The notes under the pieces were generated by a model. It did not search any database. It saw only the letters and a program-made list of their open reading frames with translations, and had not been told where the DNA came from. Positions 26,888 through 36,544 of a stretch of 64,000 nt of DNA are shown here, one piece after another. The DNA lies in the NCBI GenBank assembly GCA_030156535.1, contig JASGMJ010000020.1, positions 3,571-67,570 on the forward strand, read 5' to 3'. This DNA comes from Candidatus Sumerlaeota bacterium. GTDB lineage: Bacteria > Sumerlaeota > Sumerlaeia > SLMS01 > JAHLLQ01. The number at the start of each line of letters is the position of its first letter. The first letter of the stretch is position 1. The translations under genes and the position numbers were made by a program.

Positions 26888-28969
26888 ATGGATGTCAACC
26901 GCCTGCATCCAGTGCAGGTGGAGTTCAGCTACCCCATTGGGTCGCGGGTCGATATGATCGATCGTTTGCCCGCCGACCTTGACGACGAGGATCCCGACGA
27001 GCTGCTGGAGCAGTTTTCCTCCCCCCGCGAGTACGAGGAGCGGCTCGCCCCGCTGTCGATTCAGTTCAACCAGGAAGTGATGTCGGGCAAGAACCCGACG
27101 GAGCTTCAGGTGAAGTTCATCCGCACGCTGGCCAAGCGGCTGGATACCGTCTCAGGGATTCTGGAGCGGGCAAACGCGGACAACTTCCGGGAGAGGGGCC
27201 CGGTGGCGTTCTTCGGCCTGGGACTCGACCCCGACACGATTATCCGAATCATCGAACTCGATTACGAGACGGCGGACAACGTCTACAGCCGCATCGCGCA
27301 GCTGTGGGATGACGGGCACACGACGCCGGTTGTCACGACGCCGTTCCACACGCTGCTGTCCCAGTACCAGCACGAATTCGAGCTGCGGCTGCTTTCCCGC
27401 ATCGCCTTGGAATTCTACTGGCCGATGTTGATGAAGTACAATCGCCGGGTGAAGCGTGCGCTGGGCGAGGATGTCTTTACCTGCGTGCTCTGGCTGCCGG
27501 AGGGGGCGTTCAACAAGAAGGTCCTCGAGGTCTTCCACGCGGAGTTCCTCAAGCGTTGCGAGGAGGAGAAGGTCGCGAATCCGCACCTGATCCTGCTGCT
27601 CGATACCGAGCAGTCGAAGGAACGGGAGACGGATTCCCTCATGAAGCGCTGGAACACGCTGCGTCCGGCGCCGACGACGCGCGACATCGTGTCGGTGGTC
27701 TACAAGGAGCGCCTCTTCAGCGACTGGGTCGTGCAGGGGCATCCTTCGACAAAGAAGCAGCTGGACCGCACGATTGCGAAGGTGGACGCGGTGCTGCGCG
27801 ACCGGCAGGTGGATCACCTGTGGTCGCACTTCGAGCCGCTGATGACGCTGGTTTCGACGTTCAAGACGTGCGTGAATTTCGAGCAGAAGCTGATCAAGCT
27901 GACGGAGCTCGGCTACCAGCCGTGCGGGCCCGACGTGTTCGTGCGCCGCAAGTTGCTGAAGAAGTACGGGATGGAGGATGAAGAGCCGCGCCGTACGACG
28001 CTGGAGGACGACACGTGCTGGTCGGCCTACGAGGACACACCGGGCTCACTGGTGCGTTTCACGGGGGTCGAGACAAGCGCGCAGGGCAAGGTGCTCGGCC
28101 GCGAGCGCCCCTATTCGCGGCGGATGACCGACGGTGTGACGCGCCGGTCGCGGGGCAACCCGTGCTGGAAGCCCGCGTTGTGGGCGGCGCTCTCCAACGT
28201 CCATCGCGCCGTCGTGGGCGAGCCCAAGACGTTCATGGGCGGAATGCTGGGGTTGATGCGCGAGATTCTGCCGATCCGGCGCGTGCCCGTTGCCCGCCGC
28301 AACATCGAGGATTTCCTGGTCCGTCACGCACGTATCCACTGGAAGGAACACTTCATCCACCATTTGTACAGCGAGGCGGACATCCGGCTCGACGACTTCG
28401 CGCGCGAGTGCCTGCTGGCGAACCTGCCCGAGGACTCGGAGGCCACCGACCTGACCGATGACGAGATCGTCGTGTGCGGCCTGGCCGCCGACGCGGTCTA
28501 CCATGCCCACCACGGTCTCTCTTCCTCGACGTTTGCGTGGGAGCACATAGACCATCGCGCAGCCTACCACAACGTGGCGATGATGTGTCTCGCGGCGATC
28601 TTCGCAATCCATGCGTTGAAGTGGACGGGACGCAACGAGGAGGCCGACGCCATCTTCGCGATCTACAAAACGGAACTCATGGATTTCCGGAGTGCCTACA
28701 GGCGGCACGGAATCGACAAGCTCGGCGTGGACGAAAAGATGTGGCGCGCCACGATCAAGTCGCAGGTCGCGGATTCGGACCTCAACCTGGTGGAGCGCGT
28801 GGCACGGCGTCTCGGCGCCACACACCTGCGGACGATGGGCTATCGCGGAGAATTCGATCGCAAGGACACCGGCATCTCCACGGCCTGCGGGCACATCTGG
28901 TCGCACGAGATCGAGCACCTGAACTTCAAGTGGGAGAACGAACTTTTCTGCGGTCTCGCGGAGGAATAG
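26888..28969 (+). CDS. large cytoplasmic protein, possibly a distant glycoside hydrolase family 57-like protein
   Basis: 694 aa from the ATG at 26888. Motifs TTPFHTLL and VLWLPEGAF resemble the GH57 motif II (TPFYHP-like) and the WLPE catalytic-nucleophile motif. The remainder is not recognisable. GC is somewhat lower than the flanks. Confidence 0.5.
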   Translation: MDVNRLHPVQVEFSYPIGSRVDMIDRLPADLDDEDPDELLEQFSSPREYEERLAPLSIQFNQEVMSGKNPTELQVKFIRTLAKRLDTVSGILERANADNFRERGPVAFFGLGLDPDTIIRIIELDYETADNVYSRIAQLWDDGHTTPVVTTPFHTLLSQYQHEFELRLLSRIALEFYWPMLMKYNRRVKRALGEDVFTCVLWLPEGAFNKKVLEVFHAEFLKRCEEEKVANPHLILLLDTEQSKERETDSLMKRWNTLRPAPTTRDIVSVVYKERLFSDWVVQGHPSTKKQLDRTIAKVDAVLRDRQVDHLWSHFEPLMTLVSTFKTCVNFEQKLIKLTELGYQPCGPDVFVRRKLLKKYGMEDEEPRRTTLEDDTCWSAYEDTPGSLVRFTGVETSAQGKVLGRERPYSRRMTDGVTRRSRGNPCWKPALWAALSNVHRAVVGEPKTFMGGMLGLMREILPIRRVPVARRNIEDFLVRHARIHWKEHFIHHLYSEADIRLDDFARECLLANLPEDSEATDLTDDEIVVCGLAADAVYHAHHGLSSSTFAWEHIDHRAAYHNVAMMCLAAIFAIHALKWTGRNEEADAIFAIYKTELMDFRSAYRRHGIDKLGVDEKMWRATIKSQVADSDLNLVERVARRLGATHLRTMGYRGEFDRKDTGISTACGHIWSHEIEHLNFKWENELFCGLAEE

Positions 28970-28983
28970 ATACAGGCAACCCC

Positions 28984-29253
28984 ATGGCCCCCCAGGCGGA
29001 ATCTCCACTGGAAGTGCGTATCGGCGAAATCCTCGCGCAACTCCGCCCCTATTTGGAGACGGACGGAATCGACTGCCGTCTCGTGCGCATCGACAACGGC
29101 ATTGCCTTCATTGCACTCGGAGGAAAATTCGTCGGCTGCGCGTCGCTGCTGATGACGGTGCGCATGGGTATCGAGAAGCGCCTGATGGAGGAATTGCCCG
29201 ACACGATCCACAGAGTCGAAATCGCCGAGGGCGAAACCGCGCGCCCGGCATGA
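28984..29253 (+). CDS. NifU/Nfu-like domain protein (degenerate CxxC)
   Basis: 90 aa with ...IAFIALGGKFVGCASLLMTVRMGIEKRLMEELPD..., homologous to the NifU C-terminal/Nfu scaffold domain. The second Cys of the usual CxxC is absent. Confidence 0.6.
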   Translation: MAPQAESPLEVRIGEILAQLRPYLETDGIDCRLVRIDNGIAFIALGGKFVGCASLLMTVRMGIEKRLMEELPDTIHRVEIAEGETARPA

Positions 29254-29307
29254 CGAATACCGCTGCCACCTGCCCTTTACTTCCCTGCCTAAGGAATAAC
29301 ACACTCC

Positions 29308-30108
29308 GTGATTGATCTCCATAACCACACTCCCTTGTGTCACCATGCTTCGGGAGAGCCGGGCGAGTACGTCGAACGCGCCCGCGAACTCGGACTCCGC
29401 GAATTCGGATTCAGCGAGCATTCCCCCTGGATGTTCCAGTACGAAGGTGAACAGATCGCCCCCTCGGAAGAGGAGTTCGCCGAGTATCTGGAAACGATGC
29501 AGAGCCTGCGCGAAGAAGTCACGGAGAAGGGGGACATGGCCTTTCGCATCGGCATCGAGATGGACTTCATTCCGGGATGCGAACAGCAGGCCCGCGCAAT
29601 GGCCGAGTCCTTCGAGTTCGACTACCACATCGGCTCGGTGCACAATCTGGGCGACTGGATTTTCGACCACCCCGATCATCTGACACAGTGGGACGAGCGC
29701 GACGTCGGCAAGGTCTACGAGGAATACTTCAAGACGCTGCGGCAAATGTTCGAGTGGGATCTCATCGACATTGTCGGGCACCTCGATCTGCCGAAGAAGT
29801 TCGGCCACGTTCCGCGCGCGGGCTACGAGATGTACGTGGCGAGCCTGCTGCCGTTGCTGATCGAGTCGGACGCGGTGGTGGAGATCAACACGGCGGGACG
29901 CGACAAGCCGATCAGCGAGTTCTATCCGTCGCCGACGGTGGTGGCGCATCTGGCGCGCGCGGGCGTGCCGTTCACGCTCGGCAGCGACGCGCACAAGCCG
30001 TCGGAGGTCGGACGGTATTTCGACGACGCACTGGCGCTGCTGCGTGAGTGCGGCGTGAAGGAAATCATCACGTTCGACAAACGCCGCAAGGTGGGTCTCC
30101 CCATCTGA
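29308..30108 (+). CDS. hisK: histidinol-phosphatase, PHP family (HisJ/HisK type)
   Basis: PHP-domain metal ligands (IDLHNHTPLCHHASG at the N-terminus, internal His/Asp clusters, GSDAH near the C-terminus). GTG start. Confidence 0.78.
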   Translation: MIDLHNHTPLCHHASGEPGEYVERARELGLREFGFSEHSPWMFQYEGEQIAPSEEEFAEYLETMQSLREEVTEKGDMAFRIGIEMDFIPGCEQQARAMAESFEFDYHIGSVHNLGDWIFDHPDHLTQWDERDVGKVYEEYFKTLRQMFEWDLIDIVGHLDLPKKFGHVPRAGYEMYVASLLPLLIESDAVVEINTAGRDKPISEFYPSPTVVAHLARAGVPFTLGSDAHKPSEVGRYFDDALALLRECGVKEIITFDKRRKVGLPI

Positions 30109-30153
30109 CACGGCGTCCTCCGCGCTCATGCGGGCAACGCAGGAAACGCTTCG

Positions 30154-32091
30154 ATGAAGATTCAGGTTCTTCCTCAGATGCTCATCAACCAGATCGCCGC
30201 CGGCGAAGTGGTGGTGAACATGGCGAGCGTCGTGAAGGAACTCGTGGAGAACTCCATCGACGCGGGGGCGACGCGCATCGAGGTCGAGCTGGGCAACGAG
30301 CTGCGCGATGTTTCGATCGCGGACGACGGCGTGGGGATGGCGCGCGAGGACGCGGAGCTTTGCCTCCAGCGCCATGCGACGTCGAAGATACGCACTCCCG
30401 AGGACTTGTTCCGCCTGGCCACGCGCGGCTTTCGCGGAGAAGCCGTGCCGTCGATCGCGTCAGTGAGCCGTGTCGAGATTCGCACGCGCCCGGCGGAGGA
30501 CCTCGCGGGCACGCGGCTCGTCGTCGAAGGCGGGACGATCGAGACCATCGAATCGGTTGGCTGCCCGGCGGGAACGCGCATTTCTGTGCGCGACCTGTTC
30601 TTCAACACGCCGGCGCGCCTGAAGTTCCTGAAGAGTTCGACGTCGGAGATGAACGCGATCTTGCAGACGGTGGTGCGCCAGGCGCTTGCCGTGCCCGCGA
30701 TTGGATTCCGCATCGTTCGCGATGGTGAAGTGCGGCTGGACCTGCCGAGCGGGCAGAGCCTGGCCGACCGCTTCCTGACGCTGTCGGGCTCGCGCGTGAG
30801 CGGCACGCTGCTCGAACTTTCCTTCGAGCGCGAAGGCGCCGCGGTTTCCGGGCTTCTGGCAAATCCACAAAGCAGCCGTGGCGACCGGCGTTCACAGTAC
30901 CTGTTCGTCAACGGACGCCCCTTCGGCAACAAGGCCATCGGCTCGTCGATCGAGCAGGCGTGCCGGGGCTTCATCATGACGGGGCGCTTTCCCATCTTTT
31001 GCGTTTTCATCACGGTGCCGCCCGGCGATGTGGACATCAACGTGCATCCGACGAAGGAGGAGGTGCGCTTTCGCAACGAGCGCAACGTCGCCGGTGCCTG
31101 CTATCACGCGGCGCGCGTGGCTCTCGAAGCGCATGGCTTTGTCCCGGAGATGCACCTCGATGGTGATGCGCCCCCGTCTGCGCCGACGACCGGCGAAGCA
31201 ACGGAGCAGCCTCCGAGAATATTCGGGATGGAGCAAGCCGCGCTGCGCCCCGACTCCATCCGCATGAGCACGCCACTGGACCTTGTCTCGCGCGCGTTCG
31301 AGCGCAAGCGTGCGCGCGAAGCCCAGGAAGCCCAGGAGGGCGCGAGGGCGTTCGCGCCGGATGGCCAGCCGGTCGCACCCGCCTTTGCCCCCGCGATCGA
31401 TCCGTATTTGCCGCGCGAGTCCCCCTCTTCAACGCCGCCGCAACGCCGTTCGCTTCCGCCCGTCGCGGCCGGGCCGGGCGAGAAACCCGATCCAGAGTTC
31501 TGGGACAAGCCGTTCGATCCCGAGCCACTCGGTCAGATTGCAGAGACCTACGTCGTCGCGCGCTTCGGCGAGGACCTGCTGCTCGTGGACCAGCACGCCG
31601 CGCACGAGCGCCTGCGGTTTCTTGAACTCACGGCGCGCCAGGGCCAGACCGCCTCGCAGACGCTGCTCGTCCCCGTGACGTTCGACGTGGCCGCCGACCG
31701 CACGGAGGTGCTCGAAGCGCTGCTTCCCGAATTGGCGGCGATGGGCTTTGCCGTCGAGCCGTTTGGCGGCGCGACGTGGGCGGCGACGGCCGTCCCGAGC
31801 GATCTCGCCAAGGCCGACGTGGCCGCGCTTCTCACCGATCTGCTCGATGAGTTCGAGGACGCACCGCGTGTGAACCGCGTTGCCGACGCGCGCGAACGCA
31901 TTCTGGTGCGCGCGGCGTGCCACTCGTCCATTCGCGCGGGGCATCGCCTGAGCCACGAGGAGATGCAGGCGCTGCTCGATCAGATGCGCGCGTGCCGACT
32001 TTCGTTCACGTGTCCCCACGGGCGCCCAACAATCATCCGGCTGGCCAAGTCCGAACTGGACCGGCGCTTCGGACGGTTGGGCGCACATTAG
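30154..32091 (+). CDS. mutL: DNA mismatch repair protein MutL
   Basis: GHKL ATPase N-terminus (QIAAGEVVxxxASVVKELVENSIDAGAT, DDGVGM, GFRGEAVPSIASVS) and the C-terminal dimerisation domain. Confidence 0.92.
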   Translation: MKIQVLPQMLINQIAAGEVVVNMASVVKELVENSIDAGATRIEVELGNELRDVSIADDGVGMAREDAELCLQRHATSKIRTPEDLFRLATRGFRGEAVPSIASVSRVEIRTRPAEDLAGTRLVVEGGTIETIESVGCPAGTRISVRDLFFNTPARLKFLKSSTSEMNAILQTVVRQALAVPAIGFRIVRDGEVRLDLPSGQSLADRFLTLSGSRVSGTLLELSFEREGAAVSGLLANPQSSRGDRRSQYLFVNGRPFGNKAIGSSIEQACRGFIMTGRFPIFCVFITVPPGDVDINVHPTKEEVRFRNERNVAGACYHAARVALEAHGFVPEMHLDGDAPPSAPTTGEATEQPPRIFGMEQAALRPDSIRMSTPLDLVSRAFERKRAREAQEAQEGARAFAPDGQPVAPAFAPAIDPYLPRESPSSTPPQRRSLPPVAAGPGEKPDPEFWDKPFDPEPLGQIAETYVVARFGEDLLLVDQHAAHERLRFLELTARQGQTASQTLLVPVTFDVAADRTEVLEALLPELAAMGFAVEPFGGATWAATAVPSDLAKADVAALLTDLLDEFEDAPRVNRVADARERILVRAACHSSIRAGHRLSHEEMQALLDQMRACRLSFTCPHGRPTIIRLAKSELDRRFGRLGAH

Positions 32092-32103
32092 TCCACAAGG
32101 TCT

Positions 32104-32727
32104 TCAGATGAGCGGGGCATCCTCGCCCACGCCGGGCCCGGTCCAATAGATGTTGCCGCGGCTGACCGTGCCGTTGGTGGGGTCGTACCCCGGCATGGCC
32201 GAACCAAGATAGGACGGCCAACGGTCGGGTCCGGCGCTGCGCATGGCCCACATGACGTTACCGGGGTTGCGCGTGATGTTGCTCCAAGTGGTGGTCGGTT
32301 CGGGGATGCCACCGGGCAGGAAACGGTAGGCATAGTCGTAGGTGAACGGGCGGATCAGATTGTTCGTTGTCGCGGGAAACGCATAGCCGTTGACGGTTTC
32401 CGTGGCAGCGTGCTCGATGATGGCCCCCGCGTCGGCAAAGGGATCCTCCGGGATCGATGAGATGTACGAGACCGGGGTGGTGAGACGGGCGAAGCGTTGG
32501 ACGAACGAGAAGGTTCCAAACTGAAAGTCGGGTGGGTAGCGGTTGCCATCGATGCGATAGGACTCAAGGGCGGTGGCAACGGTGCGCATGTCAGCCTTGG
32601 CGCGCGAGACCTTCGAGCGTGTTTGAGCTTCCAGAAAGTTGGGAACGGCAATTGCCGCCAGGATCGCAATGACGGCAACGACAACCAGAAGCTCGATGAG
32701 CGTGAAGGCGGAAGAGAAACGATTCAT
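32104..32727 (-). CDS. prepilin-type N-terminal cleavage/methylation domain protein (pseudopilin-like)
   Basis: N-terminus MNRFSSAFTLIELLVVVAVIAILAAIAVPNF is the classic type IV prepilin leader plus hydrophobic helix. It lies 12 nt from the convergent mutL stop. Confidence 0.72.
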   Translation of the reverse strand: MNRFSSAFTLIELLVVVAVIAILAAIAVPNFLEAQTRSKVSRAKADMRTVATALESYRIDGNRYPPDFQFGTFSFVQRFARLTTPVSYISSIPEDPFADAGAIIEHAATETVNGYAFPATTNNLIRPFTYDYAYRFLPGGIPEPTTTWSNITRNPGNVMWAMRSAGPDRWPSYLGSAMPGYDPTNGTVSRGNIYWTGPGVGEDAPLI

Positions 32728-33012
32728 GACAGGTCTCGTTGATTTGGGGATGGATGAGACACCGCAACCGGTGCCGTATACAACGGGACTCCTCAAGAGA
32801 AAAGGGGGTTTGGATCTCCTCCCGGGTTCGGAAAAACAGGCCGAAACCGGGGGCAGCGAGCCGGGCCCCGCGAAGTTTGGTGCTGACACGCGGGGGCTGG
32901 ATGGTGGCAGGGTGTCATGCCGGTCTTGACGCCATACGTTTTCCTTCGCAGCATTCTGACACGACCGGCAGCCAGCCGTATTTCGTCGAAAAATCACCCT
33001 GTGAGGCTTCCC

Positions 33013-33402
33013 ATGATCGGTCCCAAGCTCGACGCGCGTTCTTACACGACATTTCTGCTCGTGGTGGTCGCGGTACTGCTCACCCTCAATCTGTTCGCCC
33101 AGTACGGCGAGACCAATCGCTCGGCTCAGTCGCGCGAGTACGATCTGAAGTCAACGGACTCGCAGGCCGCCGTGGCTGAGGCAACCCGCGAGGTGGCCGA
33201 AGCCAACCGCGAGATCGCCCGTTCACTCGACAGTGTGGCGAACGCCATCTCGAACCTGAAGCTCAACGTCAATGTTCCGGCACCCGCTCAGGGGACACCA
33301 GTCGGCACGTCGGCGGCACCCGCGTCTTCCAGCACATCGGCCGACAGCGAAGAACCCGGCGCGGATGAGAAGATTCCGTACACGGGCAACATCAGCTTCT
33401 GA
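33013..33402 (+). CDS. hypothetical single-pass membrane protein with a coiled-coil/Ala-Ser-rich tail
   Basis: ORF from the ATG at 33013: TM helix TTFLLVVVAVLLTLNLF, then a charged helical region and a low-complexity C-terminus. Confidence 0.4.
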   Translation: MIGPKLDARSYTTFLLVVVAVLLTLNLFAQYGETNRSAQSREYDLKSTDSQAAVAEATREVAEANREIARSLDSVANAISNLKLNVNVPAPAQGTPVGTSAAPASSSTSADSEEPGADEKIPYTGNISF

Positions 33403-33623
33403 GAAGCTCCCGCCGTTTGAACTCGTTTCGCGACCGCGCGGGACGAGGCGGGGAACGTGGTCCATTCTCAGTCGCCGGTTTTCAGTTTGAAGCTCCCGTC
33501 CCTCCCTTCGCGGGGGGGGACGGGAGTAAACTGTAAACGGGCGGCTTTCCTTTTGGTTGGCGGAGTCAAACGATGGCGGGACGGATGAAGAATCCGAGAG
33601 CCGAAGACTGAGCGCTTCTCCGG

Positions 33624-34043
33624 TCAGCAGTACTCGGCGAAGGCGGCCTTGAGGCCGTTGGCGAGGGCCTCGGGCATTTGTCCTTCGATGTGGTGGCGTT
33701 CGAGCATGAAGACGAGCTCGCCATCCTTGAGGAGCCCCATGGCCGGGGAGCTGGGGGCGTAGCCGACGAAGTAGGAGCGGGCGCGGTTTGTGGCCTCGGG
33801 CTCCATGCCGGCGAAGACGGTGTAGAGCTTGTCGGGGCGTTTGCCTCCGGCGGCGATGGCCATGCGCAGGGCGGGACGAGCTCCACCAGCGGCACAACCG
33901 CAGACGGAGTTGACGAAGACGAGCGCGGTGCCCTGGTGGTCGGCGAGGGCGGCATCGACTTCGGCGGCGGTCTTGAGTTCCTGGAATCCGATTTCGGTGA
34001 TCTCGTCCCGCATGGGCTGAACGAGCGTGGGGTCGTACATCAT
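33624..34043 (-). CDS. bacilliredoxin (BrxA/BrxB, YphP/YqiW, DUF1094; thioredoxin-like CGC motif)
   Basis: Strong colinear similarity to YphP-type proteins (ELKTAAEVD..., ALVFVNSVCGCAAGGARPA, TVFAGMEPEATNRARSYFVGYAPSSPAMGLLKDGELV, C-terminal ...AFAEYC). Confidence 0.8.
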   Translation of the reverse strand: MMYDPTLVQPMRDEITEIGFQELKTAAEVDAALADHQGTALVFVNSVCGCAAGGARPALRMAIAAGGKRPDKLYTVFAGMEPEATNRARSYFVGYAPSSPAMGLLKDGELVFMLERHHIEGQMPEALANGLKAAFAEYC

Positions 34044-34163
34044 GGGCGAAAGGTCCTCTGAGAGTTGCCTGGCTGAGAAGCCTGAATGGCGGGCTGGCCC
34101 CGCAGGGTGTGGGGGTTGCGCATTTCGTGCCACCCTGCGGCGGAGCAAGCCGAACGCCCAGCT

Positions 34164-36167
34164 CTACATTTCAAGCCGGTTGTAGTGCCAAGCAAAGGCC
34201 TTGCGGAAGATCAACGCGAGGACGAGTGAGGCAATGCCGCAGCCGATGCCTTCAGCATAGCGGCCGACGTACAACTGTGAGAGCGCCAGGATGCCGAGGC
34301 AGATCCAGCTCGTCCCGAGCACGCCCGTCGCAAAGCCACCCGCGATGACGCCACGCGGATAGTGCGCGACGTGTTCTTCGCCGTCTTCGAGCAGGACGGC
34401 GTCGCGAACCGGTTTCCACCAGCCCAGCGGCCGAGCCTGCCGATAGAAGTCCTTCAGGTTCTCCATCTTCTCCGGCTTGGTCAGCAGCGCCACCGTGACC
34501 CACAGAGCCGTGGAGACGACCATGCCGACGAAGGCCTGGACCATGCCGAGATACTGCGCCGAGGTGCCGCCCTCGTTCATCTTCTCGACCCACCCGGGAA
34601 TCAGGGCGAGGACCGGCCCCAGGCCGAAGTAGATGATCGGGCCGCCAACAACAGCGGCCACCCAGGAGAGGAAGTTCACCCGCCACCACCACCACTGCGC
34701 CCAGCCGAACGTGGCCGCCGCCGCGAAGATGCCGCCGAGCCGCACGGCAATTCCGAACAAGGAGTCGGAGTTGTACACGATCGCGATGGAGGCGAGCATG
34801 ATGATCAGCGTGAAGATGCGGCCGACGAGCAGTGCCTGGTCGTCGCGCGTTCCGAAGAACAGCGCCTGGAGGGCAATCACGACTAGTGGCCAGGCGACGA
34901 CGAAGGCGATGTGCCACAGCGCGCTCTTGCCGAACAGTTCCGTCTTCGTGACAGTGAACAGCCAGGCCAGACCGACGATCAGTGTGCCGACGCCGGCAAG
35001 AATCAGCATTCCCTTGGCGCGGGGCATCTTCGCGAAGAGCCCACGCCCGGGACGCCAGACGTCATTGGTCAGCGTCTGCGCACCGTAGTTGAGATGACTG
35101 TCGATGGTGGACATCACCGATGCCGTCAGCGCGGCGAGTGCGAACCCGAGGAACCCGGTCGGCAGGAACTTGCCGAGCAGCATTCCGTAGGCTTCTTCGC
35201 GCACCGAAGGCTCGGCCGTGAACAGTTCGGGATGGTCGGGCAGAAGGCCGAGCGCCGGAAGCGTCAGCAGCAGCAGCATGAGGAAAAGCACGGCTTCGGA
35301 CCAGACGAAGACCTTGGCCGCCTCGCGTTCGTTCTTGCAGGAGAAGATGCGCTGGCCCTCGGTCGATTGGCCTCCCCCCGCGCCAATGGTGGTAATGACG
35401 AACCAGAGCAAGACCATGAGCGGGCCCATCACCTCGTTTCCGCGCACCGGCAGGGAGGAGAGGATGGCATCGGCGGGAAGTCCTTCGGTGCCCCGGATGG
35501 CCTCGGTCAGGCCCGTGGGGCCGCCGAAGTGATTCAGCACCAGAAGAGCGACAACAAAGTTGGCGGCGATGATGATGAGCGACTGGATGACGTCGGTCAC
35601 GAGAACGCCCGCGTAGCCGGAAATCCAGACGTAAACGAGCATGACGGGAAGGATGACGATCAGCGTGGTGCTCTTCGCGTCGAATCCGAAGACGGGCCCG
35701 AAGATCTTGTGCACGCCAAGGATGCCGGCACCAATCCACGGCACCATGCCAATGAAGACGGAGAACAACGATGTGTAGGTGCGGACGAAACCGGACCCGC
35801 GCCCGCCGAAACGCACGGCGTAGAATTCAGGGGCGGTGGACACGCGCAGGCGCCGCCAGAACATGGCGAACAGCACGGCCATAATCATCAGCGCCAAACC
35901 GAAGCGCGACATGTAGAACCAGCAGATTGGCAGGCCAACGGCGATCGCCGCGCCGCAATAGGCGGGCGCCACGTCGGCATTCATCGACGTCACCGCCGTG
36001 GAGATACCCGTCAGCCACCCGGGCATTTTGCGCCCGGCGAGGAAGTACCCCTCCTCGCCCTCCGAGGAGCCGCGCAGAAACTTGGAGGCCAGCAGGCCGA
36101 AACCGAAGCTGACGATAAGAAAGATGACGACGATTGTCGCGTCGACGCTCTTGAATTCCTCTGGCAT
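34164..36167 (-). CDS. sodium:solute symporter family (SSF) transporter
   Basis: 13-14 TM helices and the SSF N-terminal signature (YFLAGRKMPGWLTGISTAVTSMNADVAPAYCG...). Substrate unknown. Confidence 0.85.
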   Translation of the reverse strand: MPEEFKSVDATIVVIFLIVSFGFGLLASKFLRGSSEGEEGYFLAGRKMPGWLTGISTAVTSMNADVAPAYCGAAIAVGLPICWFYMSRFGLALMIMAVLFAMFWRRLRVSTAPEFYAVRFGGRGSGFVRTYTSLFSVFIGMVPWIGAGILGVHKIFGPVFGFDAKSTTLIVILPVMLVYVWISGYAGVLVTDVIQSLIIIAANFVVALLVLNHFGGPTGLTEAIRGTEGLPADAILSSLPVRGNEVMGPLMVLLWFVITTIGAGGGQSTEGQRIFSCKNEREAAKVFVWSEAVLFLMLLLLTLPALGLLPDHPELFTAEPSVREEAYGMLLGKFLPTGFLGFALAALTASVMSTIDSHLNYGAQTLTNDVWRPGRGLFAKMPRAKGMLILAGVGTLIVGLAWLFTVTKTELFGKSALWHIAFVVAWPLVVIALQALFFGTRDDQALLVGRIFTLIIMLASIAIVYNSDSLFGIAVRLGGIFAAAATFGWAQWWWWRVNFLSWVAAVVGGPIIYFGLGPVLALIPGWVEKMNEGGTSAQYLGMVQAFVGMVVSTALWVTVALLTKPEKMENLKDFYRQARPLGWWKPVRDAVLLEDGEEHVAHYPRGVIAGGFATGVLGTSWICLGILALSQLYVGRYAEGIGCGIASLVLALIFRKAFAWHYNRLEM

Positions 36168-36380
36168 TTTCTCGCTCCCCTACTGCCCTGATCTCCCTGC
36201 CGACGACCTTTGCGGCGCCGGGGTCTCGTTTGAAAAAGGTGGAGTGATCTATTGCGTGAGCCGTCCTTCCCACGAACATGACGGCGACGGGCACTAAAAG
36301 GCTCGGGGATGCGGGCCGCAATGGCAAAGCCACCCGCTGGCCCGCTGCGGCGGAATGTGGGAAGTCGGAGACAATGAAAA

Positions 36381-36409
36381 GCCGCTCTCCCGGGTCGCGA
36401 GAGAGCGGC
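36381..36409 (-). terminator. intrinsic terminator downstream of the bS22-like gene
   Basis: On the minus strand: GCCGCUCUC-UCGCGACCCGG-GAGAGCGGC followed by UUUUCAUU. Confidence 0.45.
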
Positions 36410-36457
36410 TGGAAGGCTGGATAACCGGCCAAGCCGCCGGGCAGCGAACGCGCCGTG

Positions 36458-36544
36458 TTACTTCTTGTGCCGCATACGACGGCGCAGCTTGCGGTACTTG
36501 TGCTTACGGATCTTCTTGCGGCGTTTTTTAATGACGCTACCCAT
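36458..36544 (-). CDS. ribosomal protein bS22-like small basic protein (28 aa: MGSVIKKRRKKIRKHKYRKLRRRMRHKK)
   Basis: This ORF is below the ORF-track cutoff. Its sequence follows the known bS22 (MGSVIKKRRKR...KHRKLL...RR) pattern of actinobacterial and Bacteroidetes ribosomes. ATG and TAA are present, and an intrinsic terminator follows on the same strand. Confidence 0.6.
   Translation of the reverse strand: MGSVIKKRRKKIRKHKYRKLRRRMRHKK

Noticed and set aside
33487-33530. G8-containing hairpin (GCTCCCGTCCC...GGGGGGGGACGGGAG) in the convergent gap before the bacilliredoxin gene as a terminator
   Set aside because: A stem is present but there is no U-tract on either strand. It may be a structural element, but the evidence is too weak to call a terminator.
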